Shown here in pieces: positions 12,410 to 24,869 of a stretch of DNA of 64,000 nt. Under the pieces are notes generated by a model that saw only the letters and a program-made list of their open reading frames with translations, made no database searches and had not been told where the DNA came from. This stretch comes from Vicugna vicugna. Lineage: Eukaryota. Each line of letters opens with the position of its first letter. Within the stretch, counting starts at the first letter, position 1. Made by a program: the position numbers and the translations under genes. The stretch lies in NCBI GenBank assembly GCA_013265495.1, contig MU058844.1:6509260-6573259 (forward strand), in the 5' to 3' direction.

Positions 12410-14310
12410 CTAGGGTACATTACAGAGTAATTTATTCTGGAACTGCTCTCCCACAGAAAATGATCATAAAACTGGACAATATATATGAAGCACCTGTTTT
12501 TAAGCCGGACTCTGACAGAAGGGAAAAACACATGGTGAGCTGACAATCACAATGGCTTTCTGCCTAAAAGCATTGTACCACTTTAGAGTAAGAAAGTGGA
12601 GACCAAGCAAAAGAGGCTGTTTTGTCGAGTGAAGAGGCAAAGTTTAGACCTGAAACTGGAATTCATGGTGAAAAGTACTGAGAAGAAGCTGTGTGTGTAT
12701 GCATTGTGGGGATGGAGCTGGGGAAGAAGTCTATGTGAGTATGTACCGCAGGTCCTTGGACAACTGCTAGGTGTTACACAGGCAGGGCAATACTCTGAAA
12801 AACCTAGCAGAGATAACCTGCTGTAGGGCTAAGAGCTGAATGATGACAGCAGAGTTCATGCATCAGTGAAAGACACTAGGGTTTCAGCCCTAGGAGTAAA
12901 GACAATGCCCTGGGGTAGGGGCATGCACTAAGAGTTGAAAAACAAAATGACTTGTCCTTGGAGAGAATTAAATTAAGGCTGACAAATGAAATTATCCATC
13001 AATTCTTTTTTAACTGTCTGTCAGAATTACACTTAACACCGTTTAAAAGGAAGACAACAGTCAGACTCAGTAAACCATTTTATGTACAATGTTCAACATA
13101 CAGTTTAAAATTATTGGACATAAATAGAAATAGGCAAATATGACTCATTAAGAGAAAAGCAGTTAATAGGAACACATCCCAAAGTAGGCCAAATGTAAAT
13201 CAATTTTGGACAAAGACACCACAAAGTCATTCCATGATGAAAACAGTTTGTTCAACAAATGTTGTGGGAACAACTAAATAACCATATTAAAAACTGAACT
13301 CATCCTCTACTTTATACTTCTCATAAAAACTAATTTGAGATGAATCATAGACCTAAAGGTAAAACTAAAAGTATAAGATTTCCATAAGAAAGCAAGAAAG
13401 TGTAGAAAATCACCTTCTCAATCAGAAGGTTAAAAAATATTACAAAGGACACAAAGAGCAAAAACCATTAAAAAAAATAAGTTTCACCAGAATTTAAAGC
13501 TTCTGCTCATCTAAAGATATCATTAATAAAATAAATAGGTAAAAGAGGGTTGGGAGAAAACTTTTACAAAACATGTATCTGACAAAGAATTTCATCCAGA
13601 ATATATAAAAAATTTATACAAATCAATAAGAGGCAAATGACCAAATTTATAAATGATCAGACACCTGAAAAGACACAAAAGAATAAACAGAAATTATCTA
13701 TGCATGCAAAGAGGTTCAATAGCACTTTTCATCAGAAAAATGCAAACTAAAGCCATAATGAGATAACACAACGAAATACTACACACCTACAGAATGGAAC
13801 TCTCATATATCACTGGTGGGGAAGTAAAACATTACAACTACTTTGGCAAACAGTTTTTTCAGTTTCTTATAAAGTTAAACATACACCTACTCTATTATCC
13901 AGCAATTACATTCTTACACATTTATTCAAAAGAACTGAAAACGTATATTTACAAAACTACTTACAGAGGAATTTCCCTAGGAACTTTATAATCATAGTAG
14001 CCCCAAACTGCAAACAATTAAAATACTGATCAACAGGAGAATAGCCAAATTGTGACATATACATACAATGGACTATGCTTCAGGAAAAAAAAAAAAAAGA
14101 ACAGACTGCTGATACAAACAACTGATCAACTGATATAGTGGAATGTCACATGAATGCCAAGCAAAGAAACCTAGATTAAAAAAAAACACATAGTTTGATC
14201 TCATTAATATCAAGATGTAGAACAGTCAAATTTAACCTACAATGATAAATTTAGAACTCCAATTGTCTGTATGAAGGGACTCACTTAAAAAGGGGATGTG
14301 GAAATTTAGG
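12410..14310 (+). mobile_element. Old L1M relic (5' region, ORF2 and 3' fragments)
   Basis: ORF2-like ttcaacaaatgttgtgggaacaact, tgaatcatagacctaaa, aagttaaacatacaccta. Confidence 0.75.
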
Positions 14311-14572
14311 GGGAGGGACTATTTACCCAAATCAGTTCATCATTCTTTAATTTAATAAATTTTTAATGGATATCTCCTCTATACCTGTTAAAGGTCAACA
14401 AGTTAGACACGTTTGTTTACTTATCTTCATTAGGCTAGTCATTCATAGGTAAAAGCTACATAAATTTTAAATAAAAATAGAATTGTGACATTTTCCCAGG
14501 TTTACTAGAAGGAAGTAATATGATTTTAAAAGTAGAAAGAAATTTTTAATTGGATTATTTCACTATGCATTA

Positions 14573-15087
14573 GGAAGAGTTTAGGACACATGGCACCCTC
14601 ATATGCCATCCTGGCATATTGACTATTTGGAGTTGAAGGCACTTAAAGAGGAGCAAATTAAAAAACACTATGACTTTCCTTCTTTTTCCTAAAAGCAGAT
14701 TAAGTTCTCACGTGAAAGATGTTTGCACTATTCCAGAAGCAAAGAGACATTCTTATCACAAGGCCAGGAAATCTAGGCCAAGAGAAGTGTAAACAAACTT
14801 CTTAAACTAGCCTTTCTTTCCTAGTCACTCTTCCAACCAGTTAACTACATTAGCCCAAGGCCCTCTGCCTCATCATGTGCCTTTTCACAATTAACTACTC
14901 TTTGTTCAACTTGTTCAACTCCAACTGCTGCTTAGGGTCTTTATTCTTCGTAGGAGAACTCTCATATACATGTAAAAAAAAAAAGCAATTAAAACTGGTA
15001 TTCTTTTCCTTTGTTTATTTGACTTATGTCAGTTTAATTCTTAGGCCTAGCCTGAGAAGGTAGAGAGAAATTTTTTCTCCTCTATAC
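14573..15087 (+). mobile_element. Solo ERV1 LTR, MER34A-like
   Basis: atatgccatcctggcatattgactatttggagttgaaggcact at the 5' end; ttatgtcagtttaattcttaggcc...ttttctcctctatac at the 3' end. Confidence 0.7.
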
Positions 15088-15216
15088 CTTATTGTATAAA
15101 TATATTATTTGTAAATGCCATTAACGCATCTACCCAAAACAACTCCTTACCATATTTGGAACAGAAACTCAAAAGTCTATTACTTAAAAAACAATTACAT
15201 ACTATTATAAACTTAC

Positions 15217-15290
15217 CAGAAAGACAGTTGTTGCTGACATCTAGTTTTCCCAAAGAAACAAAATGAAAAAGTGGTACGATTTTTGTCAAG
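15217..15290 (-). CDS. LRRIQ1: LRRIQ1 coding exon 12 (74 nt, SLTKIVPLFHFVSLGKLDVSNNCLS), LRR
   Basis: ttattttcag|C ... TCTG|gtaagt; phase 2 to 1. Confidence 0.94.
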
Positions 15291-18109
15291 CTGAAAATAA
15301 AAACAGAATTTACAAAAACTTTTAATGGAATGTTCTTAAGATTATCGATGTAACTATATAGTAATACATTTATAGAATATAATTATATAATGTTACAATC
15401 TATAAATTTGGCAGAAATATACAATTACATACAATTGCAATTGTACAAAAATACTATTATAACATTTACTAATACTACTTATTAAAATACAGTAATTATA
15501 CAATTCTAAGTATTTATTTTATAATGGAAGATTTATATTCATTTCTAAAGAGAAATTATCACAGAATCCCCGATTTCAATCATAAATATCATGAAGCTTA
15601 ATGTGTACTTGATATTTAAATAAAAACAAGTGGGTTTTTTTTTGCTGTTACTGTTTTGTCTTTGTATGTGGCCAAATTTACAAAGAACTCATATTTTCTA
15701 TGTATTTTTTTCTGGCTCAAAACATAACAAACCATTAAGAGGTAAAGACACAAAAAATACTTTTTGACAATATGACTTATTAGAGTCACTAGTTTTGTTT
15801 TGTAATTTAAAAAAGGTTTTATTTACTAGATTGGAAGTATTATAAGTACTGTAAGTGTCTGAAGTTACACTGGGTTATTTTTAAATTGGAAATATGCATT
15901 TAAAGAACAATAATAGAAATGTTTTATATTGGTAGAATAGACTTAAATTTCGCAGAGACCTAAATGTAAGATAGAATAGGCAAATTTTAACACTTAAAGC
16001 TAATACTCATTATTAATGCAAGCATATTTAAATTCTAATACTATTGACCTTTTCTCCTACTTTTAAAAGTATCTTTCATTTTGTAAAATATAATTGTCAT
16101 TAAGAACCAAATATGTTCAAATAAGGAACATATGTGATACTAAAATAATTCACAATATTAGAAATAAAATCTATGAAGGGAAAATTAACTTTATTTTAAT
16201 TTGCACTTCCAACTAAGACATGTTTAAACTTAGTTTATAACATAATATCATATTACCCTAGCTATTTGGAAATAAAAATTAAGTTAGCTCACCTATATCT
16301 TTAAACAAGACAACATTTCTTTGTATAAAATATATTCTCATCACAAATACAAGTCTTCTGGATGAATCAACCCTATAAATAACTCCTATAAAGGTTGAAG
16401 ATCCATATATGTTCAAAATATGCTTCCACTAAAGGAGTATTCATGGTACAAAAAATATGCATTAACTTTCACTTCTTTTACTTTCTTGATCTTTATACTG
16501 TCCCTCCAATTGTCCTGACAGAGATTTTTATATCTTTATTTCTACCAACTCCTTGCCATGGTAAAAAAAAAAAATTACTATTATTCTAAGATCAGAAGCT
16601 CACAGATTAATACTGTGACTGGAAGCCTCATGGCACAAAACTAACCCTTGTACTGACCTTGACTCCTCTTGTATTATCATGTTCTGCATCAGAAGGGAGA
16701 CAGAAGATGCTACTGATGATAAAACAGACTAAACAATGAGTTTGGGAGATCTCTCTGAATGAAACCAATCCTAAGTACCATATTACTATTTATAATAGAC
16801 CTATACAACACTACTTTCTGAAAACAATTTCCAGGAGAAAAAAAATCCAAGGTACTAAAGAAAAAAGTGATAAAATATTTGCTACTACATTTATATATAC
16901 ATTTCATTATTATATACATACTCCTTAACAGTAAAATTTACAGAAATGTCACATGTACACTGAAAAAGAAAGAAAAACTTAAAACTTTGTCAATACATAA
17001 TTAGTGGATTTGAGTACTAATTTTACATTCTATATCATTATTACAAGAAATTTGAGTTCTTCAAGTGAAAAAAATAATTCTAATAAATGTTTTCATTATC
17101 AAGAAAATTCTTATTTCTTTTATACCTTTAATATTTTTCTAATACTAAATCTTTGCACTTCTACCAAAAGGATTTTAAAAGTTAATAGATAATGAGTTTT
17201 TCTGTTTTTCCAGAATATCTTATGTTTTTAACCACTAAGTTATATGGCAATATTTGGTATTTGGTATTTGGTAACATTTAGGTAATATAGACATTAAGTT
17301 AAAAAAAAATAAGCTTTTAGAATTAAAAATAAAAACTCCCTTTGCAAAAATCAAAATAAGAAATATTTGGTTTGACTAAATATTTTTTACAACATTGAAA
17401 TTTTACCTTTTCAGATAACCATGCTTTTAGAATTACACCCTTTTTTCTTTTTTGGAAATTTTTATCAAGAAAACTGGCTATTCATTCGCCTTTATGACTA
17501 TTCATTAGGATGGTAGAAACCTAATAGTAGAATCGGTTTTCTTAAACCTCTAGAACTTTTCCTTTTTACTGACATTCTGTGTATATTTTTTCCAAGAAAA
17601 TTCAAACCAGAAAGACAAAAGACATTAGCGAAAACCTAATACCATTTGACCTGGTCACATTAGCCCTGGGCATAAAAAAGATATAAATTTCAAAGACGAC
17701 AGAAAGCAAAAGATTTGTACAATGAGCAGCCAGTGGCTAACAGTTTCCACTTTCTGCTCCTACTTAGAGTCTCACTGCAAGTAGAAAGGCTTATGAAGCT
17801 GGGGAGTCTTCCAGTTAGAACTCCGCTGAGAAAAACTTAAAACAGTCACATGTCCTAATGAAAATTTAAAACAGAAGTCAGGATGAAACAAGTATTTCAA
17901 ACAATATGTACTAAGTATCACTCTTTATATGTATTTCATTTCTTGGGAAAAAAGCATATGGACGCATAATTTCTTCCTTGTGATGAAAATATCAAAAATT
18001 AAGAGAAAAATATATATAATTTAAAAGACATACCAACAACAAACCCAAATATCACATTTCTAAAATTCTTCTCCGTTTTGCAAAATATGTTGCTATTCAT
18101 TTTCCTTTT

Positions 18110-18285
18110 AGATAATCATTAAAATCCCATAAAATAGGTAAGGTAGGTATTACTGCCCTTTTCACGTGTGAAAAAAATGAGGATCAGGTAATGAGAAAAG
18201 AGTTGCTTAATGTCAACTGACAGATCAGGTGTAGATTGAGAATTTAAACCCAGATCTGTTGACCCTGAATTTTACAGACCTAATA
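18110..18285 (-). mobile_element. MIR SINE
   Basis: aggtaggtattactgccctttt...atgaggatcag...atttaaacccagatctg. Confidence 0.65.
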
Positions 18286-20210
18286 TAGTTCTAAAAAAGT
18301 CAAAGCACATGTAAAAGCTTGATGTAAAATAAGCAATGTCTACAATTAATGGTATTAGCTTATTGTAAAAAGTCCCAAGGTTGAAGATTATTTTTCACTA
18401 TTATTTTAGGAAATAATTTTTCTCCTCTATATGTCCATTTCTAGCAATCACGTTTCCCTGGTCTCTTTAGGTCTTATCCTTTCATCTTCTCAGAAGTGGC
18501 AGGAGGTTACTTGCACAAAGAGCTTTGAGAGACCCACAAAAATATATTCAAATATGCACAATATTATTGAAAAATTCAACATACCACATATTACACAATA
18601 ATTTTACTACTGTCTTATATAGATAAGTTCAATAGATTATTTGATTTATTCCTAAGAGTTTTTTGATGGTAAGGACATATATTACTCAGTTTTGTATCCC
18701 CCATAATAGCAAACACCAACCACATCAATATTCAAATGTTATAAGGTTGAGCAAACAAAATTATTAAGAATTGTTTTGTTTAAGTATTCCAATTATTGTT
18801 ATCAACTCTAAAAAAATTTAATACTGTGGTTTATAAAATTCCTAGTGATGTCAGATTGATATAAGTCACATCAGATTGATAAGGCAAAAGTCTAGCAGCT
18901 AGTATAAATTTTAATTTTTAAAATCAGACTATTTCTTTGATGATTTAAATTGTCCAAAGAAATAAAAGGCATTATTTCTCAAACAGTGTTCTTGATTTAA
19001 ATATTTTCTAAATTCTTTAAATATTATTATATTCATCAATGTGGTTTAAGATCTATTTTTATAAAATATGCTAGATATGTCAATTACTGAGTAATTTATA
19101 AGCAATGTCCAAAGCATTGCTGAGTATTTCTATTGAAATCGTATTCCTTACCTGAAAAATATTGTGAAAAGATCCAATAAGTTTGTGATGGTTCACATTA
19201 CTAAAACAGTATTATCTGACCATGCTGGTTTTGGAATAAATATCAATTTTCATATTTTAGATGTGATTAAAACAATTTGAGGGAATTTTAAAATATCAAT
19301 TCAGTTTTTGATCTGTTAAATAGTGGAATAGTTTAATGGTGGAAGTTCAGTCTTCTGGGACGTGCATGCTCAAAGGATGAGCACCATTATGTCAGAGATT
19401 GAGAGAAAAATTTACATTTTATGGGGGGGTAATTGACAAACATATTAAAAGTGAGCTGTCCTTGTTCACTTGTTTTGCAAGAATTGTATAACTCAAAGAA
19501 GCAACTTCTTATTAAAGATGGTTCCTTTCCACTAGTCCATGTGCCTTTGGTGAACAAATTAATTATATTAGAGTGAAGAGGTCTCAATGATACATTACGA
19601 GGAGGGAGATATACACATATTGTGCTCCTGTTTCAGTTTTAGACAGTTATTCTCTGCAAAGATCCAGATGTCTGGTAGTTTCAAATGGATCTTTTGTGGC
19701 AGGTACCCATCTCGATTTAATGTTAATGTATTTTTTTAAGTGTTACTTTATATCCTGAGGGAAATCAAATGTAAATCAATCTTAGCAGTTACAAAAAGAC
19801 ATGTAAGTTGAGAGCAGATTAAAAATCATTCTTCCAGGACTTAATAAGTACCATTTGAGAGAATGAGGCATCCTTCTGAATTAAATTAACTACCTCCTGT
19901 ATTTTCCAAGGACTGTACCTTTACAAATATAAACAAACCTGCCCTGAGAGATTTCCATAGTACATTTTTTAGAAGAAACAAAATAAGTAGGATAAATAAC
20001 AAAATTCTACTGAAATTTGAGAGTATGTCAATACACTATTTATTTAATACTATAAAATTATATTTATAATTTAATGTACTAATTTATTGTGATGTAAGTT
20101 CACTGAATTACTGGAAAAAACCTAACAACTTTCCTACTAGTTATGAAGATCACACATTTACGTTAATCATTCACTGCATTTAAGCTTGATTAAGCAAAGT
20201 GCATTTTCAC

Positions 20211-20338
20211 CTGTTTTGAGAAATAGTCAGGACTTGTAGTAAAGGCAGCCAATATGAAGAAAAAGCTTCCACAGTTGAAATGCTGTTATCATCCAAGTGT
20301 AATTCTCTTAGTAGAACATGATTCTCCAAGGATGGAAG
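20211..20338 (-). CDS. LRRIQ1: LRRIQ1 coding exon 11 (128 nt, LPSLENHVLLRELHLDDNSISTVEAFSSYWLPLLQVLTISQN), LRR
   Basis: aaatatag|CTT ... ACAG|gtgaaa; phase 0 to 2. Confidence 0.94.
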
Positions 20339-20839
20339 CTATATTTAAATTTGGGTTATTAGCTTATATTAAGTAAAATATTTTTGTCATTTAACCACAT
20401 TTAAAAATATAAAACTTACCAAAACTAACAACAGATGTATTCTGGTAAACTGCATATTATAATCAAAGTATAATATTATGAGCATTTTAGTATGAGTAAA
20501 ATTTCTAATAATTGACTTCATAATTAGAACTTTAAAAAAAAATAAAAAGTACTTCAAACAAATTTTATATAAGTTTGGTCCCACTTATACATTGAATCAT
20601 AACTAAAGAGATGATTTATTACATTTCAGTATTATAAAACACTATTAGATTTATCTATAAGATTATAACTATGTTGAACATTTTTAAAATAAAGTATATA
20701 ATAGTTTAAGCTAGAAATTGAATACAGATTATAAGTAAAAAAGAACAAAATTTAACACAATTGCTTTTAAAATGTGTGGTTGGTATTTATCAAAAGAAAA
20801 CTGTTGTGCTAGTCACAGAAATCAATTCAAAGCATTTAC

Positions 20840-21033
20840 CTCACTTAGATAATTTCCCTGTAACTTCAGTATTTGGAGCAATCCACAGTTTTCAATGCCC
20901 TCAACTTCAGTAAGATGATTATGTGAGCAATCCAGGTATATAATGGTAGGCGTATCACAAAGCCCTTTCGTACTAATTAACTGATTGTGGTCCACAATTA
21001 GTTGCTGAAGATTTTTCAAAGATTCTAAGCCAC
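20840..21033 (-). CDS. LRRIQ1: LRRIQ1 coding exon 10 (194 nt, GGLESLKNLQQLIVDHNQL...LQILKLQGNYLSE), LRR
   Basis: Inside ORF 20822..21085; ttttcttccag|GT ... GAG|gtaaat; phase 1 to 0. Confidence 0.95.
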
Positions 21034-21324
21034 CTGGAAGAAAAAATTTTCCAAGATCACTTGTATCACACATTCTTCCAGACACTAGAGTTTCAATTTT
21101 TTCTAAATAAGTGCATCTTTCTATTTATCAATATCAAGTGAGGACTTAGACCAGCTGAAAAATGTGTGTGTATAAAATGTATTATTATTTAAACTTGTAC
21201 CTAAGAGGTATATTTTTGAATGACTTACTTATGTATCACTTCAAAAGTGAAGTTCAACAACCCATGAGAGATTCTAATCTGGTGACATTACCATGATTTC
21301 AAGCCTTAGATGTTGAGAAACATT

Positions 21325-21820
21325 TGAACATTTCTATTTCTAGGAATCTACTATACGGTAACACACACAACTATCAAGAAATACATACAGAGATTCCTTG
21401 CCATATTAATTTTAGAAAAGTTAAGGAGAAAAGTTAAATGTCTATTAGTAAGGGAATAGTTAAGTAAGTTATCAAGTATCTATAAAACGAAAATGTATAA
21501 TCTTCAATATGAAGTAGTCTGATACAGAAGGATGCCCATGATATACTACTGTCTGTAAAACCTAAGTTGCAAACATAGGCTTTCAGCTAACGAGTGTAGC
21601 TGAATCTAAATCTGCACATCTACAATTGTATTGCATAGAATAAGGTCCGGGTTGATTCATAAGCATCTAGGAACAGTGGTTACCCCTGCAAAGTAAGAAA
21701 GAGAAAGGGTAAGCAGAGAGAGAAAGTTTCACTACTTACAATGCATTCATCTCTATTTTTAAAAAATTTAAATGAGAACATACTTCTTGTGTAATATTTT
21801 AAAACAATATATTTGCAGAC
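21325..21820 (+). mobile_element. L1ME-type 3' fragment
   Basis: ttctatttctaggaatcta...aaatgtctattagtaagggaatagttaagtaagtt. Confidence 0.6.
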
Positions 21821-22185
21821 AAAAGCAGAGAAAGTATTGAATAGAACTGTTATTCTGTATTTAATCCTGACCACCACCACCAAATGGTTGTTAAGTTGTA
21901 GAAAAAACTTGAGAAAACCTGATGCTGTCACCCGTCAAAAGGGTTTTGTTATGTAGTCAAAGTGGGGGACACTATACAGAGACAGGGAGGCAAAGCTTTA
22001 AAGTTGTACCTAAGAGATATACTTTTGAATGACTTAATTATATAATCACTTCAAAATTGAAGTTCAGCAACCCATTAGAGATTCCAATCTGGTGATATTC
22101 AGTGAAATGCTAAAAAAGAGATTTGGCAGGATCTCTAAAACACTGGCCTAACTGTAACAGTGAGGGAGGAAGGGGAGGACATGCA

Positions 22186-22188
<3 letters not shown>

Positions 22189-22222
<34 letters not shown>
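22189..22222. repeat. (GT)17 microsatellite
   Basis: Read directly. Confidence 0.95.
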
Positions 22223-22223
<1 letters not shown>

Positions 22224-22269
22224 GGCCTAATGAGAAAAAGAAAAGGAAATCATCTAAAAATATGTGAAA

Positions 22270-22515
22270 CCGAGGTCTTCCAACAACCATGAGAAAGTGA
22301 GACTAAAAATAAATCTTTCAGCCTCATTGAGCCTTGAGATGATGGCAGTCCTGTTTGACAGCTTCACTGCAGCCTCGTGAGAGCCCTGAGCCTGAACAAC
22401 CCAACTAAGCCAGTTCTAGATACCTGATCCACAGAAAACATGAGGTAATACATGTCTGTGGTTTAAACTGCTAAATGTGGGGGTACTTCTCTTCACAACA
22501 ATATATAACTAATAC
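22270..22515 (+). mobile_element. MLT1D/E-like LTR, 3' part
   Basis: gagccttgagatgatggcagtcc...ctgcagcctcgtgagagccctgagc...ccacagaaaac...aactaataca. Confidence 0.8.
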
Positions 22516-22549
22516 AGTAAGAATTCTATTCTTAAGAAAACACAAGAAA

Positions 22550-23330
22550 GAAGAAAATATGTTGAAAATGCTTTGAGCTATGGAAGAACATTGAAAGAAA
22601 CTTAACGTAACAAGAATTCAAAGACACTAAAACAAAAGATGTGGGTAAAGAAGTCGACCAAAATAACACCATGGCAGAACTAATAATTTAGGAAAAAAAA
22701 ATTATACAGGACAGAGAACTAAAGACTGAATTGTTCAAAAAGAGAGAATCACATTGAGAGTAAAATGCAAAGCAGAAGATAAAAAGACATAGATTACACT
22801 AATTAAATAATAATAGAAATGACAGATAGACAAAGTCACAAAATATGGATCATCTATGATTGAAAAATGGAACCAGACCAAAAAAAGTTTTCAAATATAT
22901 ATATAGAGGAAAACTTTCCAGAAATGAAGGAATAATAATCTATGAAAATTGAAAAGGACACTATATTCCAAGAAAAACTTATGTGGGTTTATTCACAATC
23001 AGATATCTTGCTTAATTTATTGATCAAGGACAAAGAAAATGTTATTCAGGTATCTGGGGCAGAAATCAGTTATGAGGGAGAAAAATCAACTTAGCCTCCA
23101 GGTTAACCACAGCAAAAGACAATATCAAAATGCAAAGGAGCGATGTTCATGAAGTAGCAAGTGAAAATGTGACCTAACAACAGAATGCACAGCTGTATTT
23201 CAAGTATGAAGGCAACTGAGAGATATTCCTGAATGTGAAAGAATTCAGGGAATACAGCATCCATTAGCCCTTCTTTGAAAAATAAGATTAAAAAGAGTTA
23301 ATGAACTATGTAGTACAAGCAGGCAAAAGA
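22550..23330 (+). mobile_element. HAL1-like / L1 ORF1 relic
   Basis: ggaaaactttccagaaatgaagg; ttcaagtatgaaggcaac...aagaattcagggaatacagcatccattagcccttctttgaaa. Confidence 0.6.
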
Positions 23331-24869
23331 TGAAAGAAGTAGTCTGTCAAAAAAAAAAAAAAAAAGACTGGTACTGACCCATCTTCAAACAGATCTAATT
23401 CTGCTATAGGATATATAGATGGAGTCATAAATCCTGATTTGATGTCATAAATCCTGATGTAAAAAACAAAAACGGTGAGGGGAAAAGAAGACTGGAAAAA
23501 GTGGAATTATCATGATTTATTCTATTTTCCTAAAGAGCAGTTAATATTGTCTAAAATTAATTAATCAAAAGTATACCTTTTATAAATTACTGAACAACAA
23601 ATAAGATATTATGACTGACAAAATTGGAAGGAACAGATAGAATTGTAAGTGAGACAATTTTATTATTTTTAGCACAAGGAAGCCAATAGATAGTCTAAAA
23701 TTTTGGAGTAAAAAGATTTTCATGTAATCTTCTGCCATAATGTTTAACAATGCTTTCATGAGTCTTTAAATACGTCCCATCTTAGTAAGTTGTTTGTAGG
23801 GAAGTTGATTGAAAATGAATGTTTTAACCCGTAATTCACATGTACATGATTATTGATCACTATAAGATTCTTTTATAATACTTCAGCATATTTCAACAAT
23901 TGCTTACTCTAGAAATCATTGTACTTCAATGTACTAAATCCTAGTTGATGTTCCATTTCAGTAGTGATAAAGTTTCGGCTGCATCAACTCAAAAGCAGTA
24001 CTAAAAAGTTAACTGTTACTTTACTATTAGAATGTAAAACATATGCCTAGTGCACATCTCTTTATGTATACTCTAGTTATCACAGGTATTATTAAACGTT
24101 CTCTGATGTTTAATTAAACTTTAACTACCTAAATCTTTAAACTTTACACTAAGTACATTTATCTACATAAGAACAGTAGGTTCCAATGTTCATTCAAGTG
24201 ATTCCTTATTTAGATAATTTTTCATAGAATATGCCTCCCTCATAAAGGAGGACATTTTGTTTATCATTTTACATTTGTTATTCCTCAGTTTTTAACTTCT
24301 ACTCAGATGTTAGCTATGTTTATTACAGTTTTATTTTCTTAATAGTGATATGTGACAGTTTTTTCTTACTTCTTGAAATAGCAAGCATGAAGTATCTTCT
24401 ATGTTAACATGTATAAATCGTTTATATTCTCCACATTTTTACTACAAATATGAAAATGTTTTTCCAAAAATAGCTTTACTTGTAACACAGAACTTGATGA
24501 GACTTGTTCTACAAGTCCCAGCACTATGTTGTGTCCTCATGGAAACAGAAAAATGACATATATAATCTCTGCCCAAGTATCTCTTACCTGATAAATTCAA
24601 CTAGAATTTTTAAAAAATTATGACATGTAAAAAACATTCACAACTTATTGTCAAGTGAACAAAGTAAATTACAAAACAGTATGACTGTAGTGATTTTTAA
24701 AATGGATAGAAAACAATCTGGAAAGCTCACCAATACTGGTTATATCTGGATAGTGGGATTATTATGCATTATTATTTTATCATGTTACATTATAACTTAT
24801 AGACAATAATCATATATTGATTTATAGATTAGATTAAAAGTTACTTAGGAAGAAACAAAAAATTTCATT

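Noticed and set aside
23424..23458. gtcataaatcctgat repeated twice with a 20-bp period
   Set aside because: Ordinary micro-duplication; only two units, not an array
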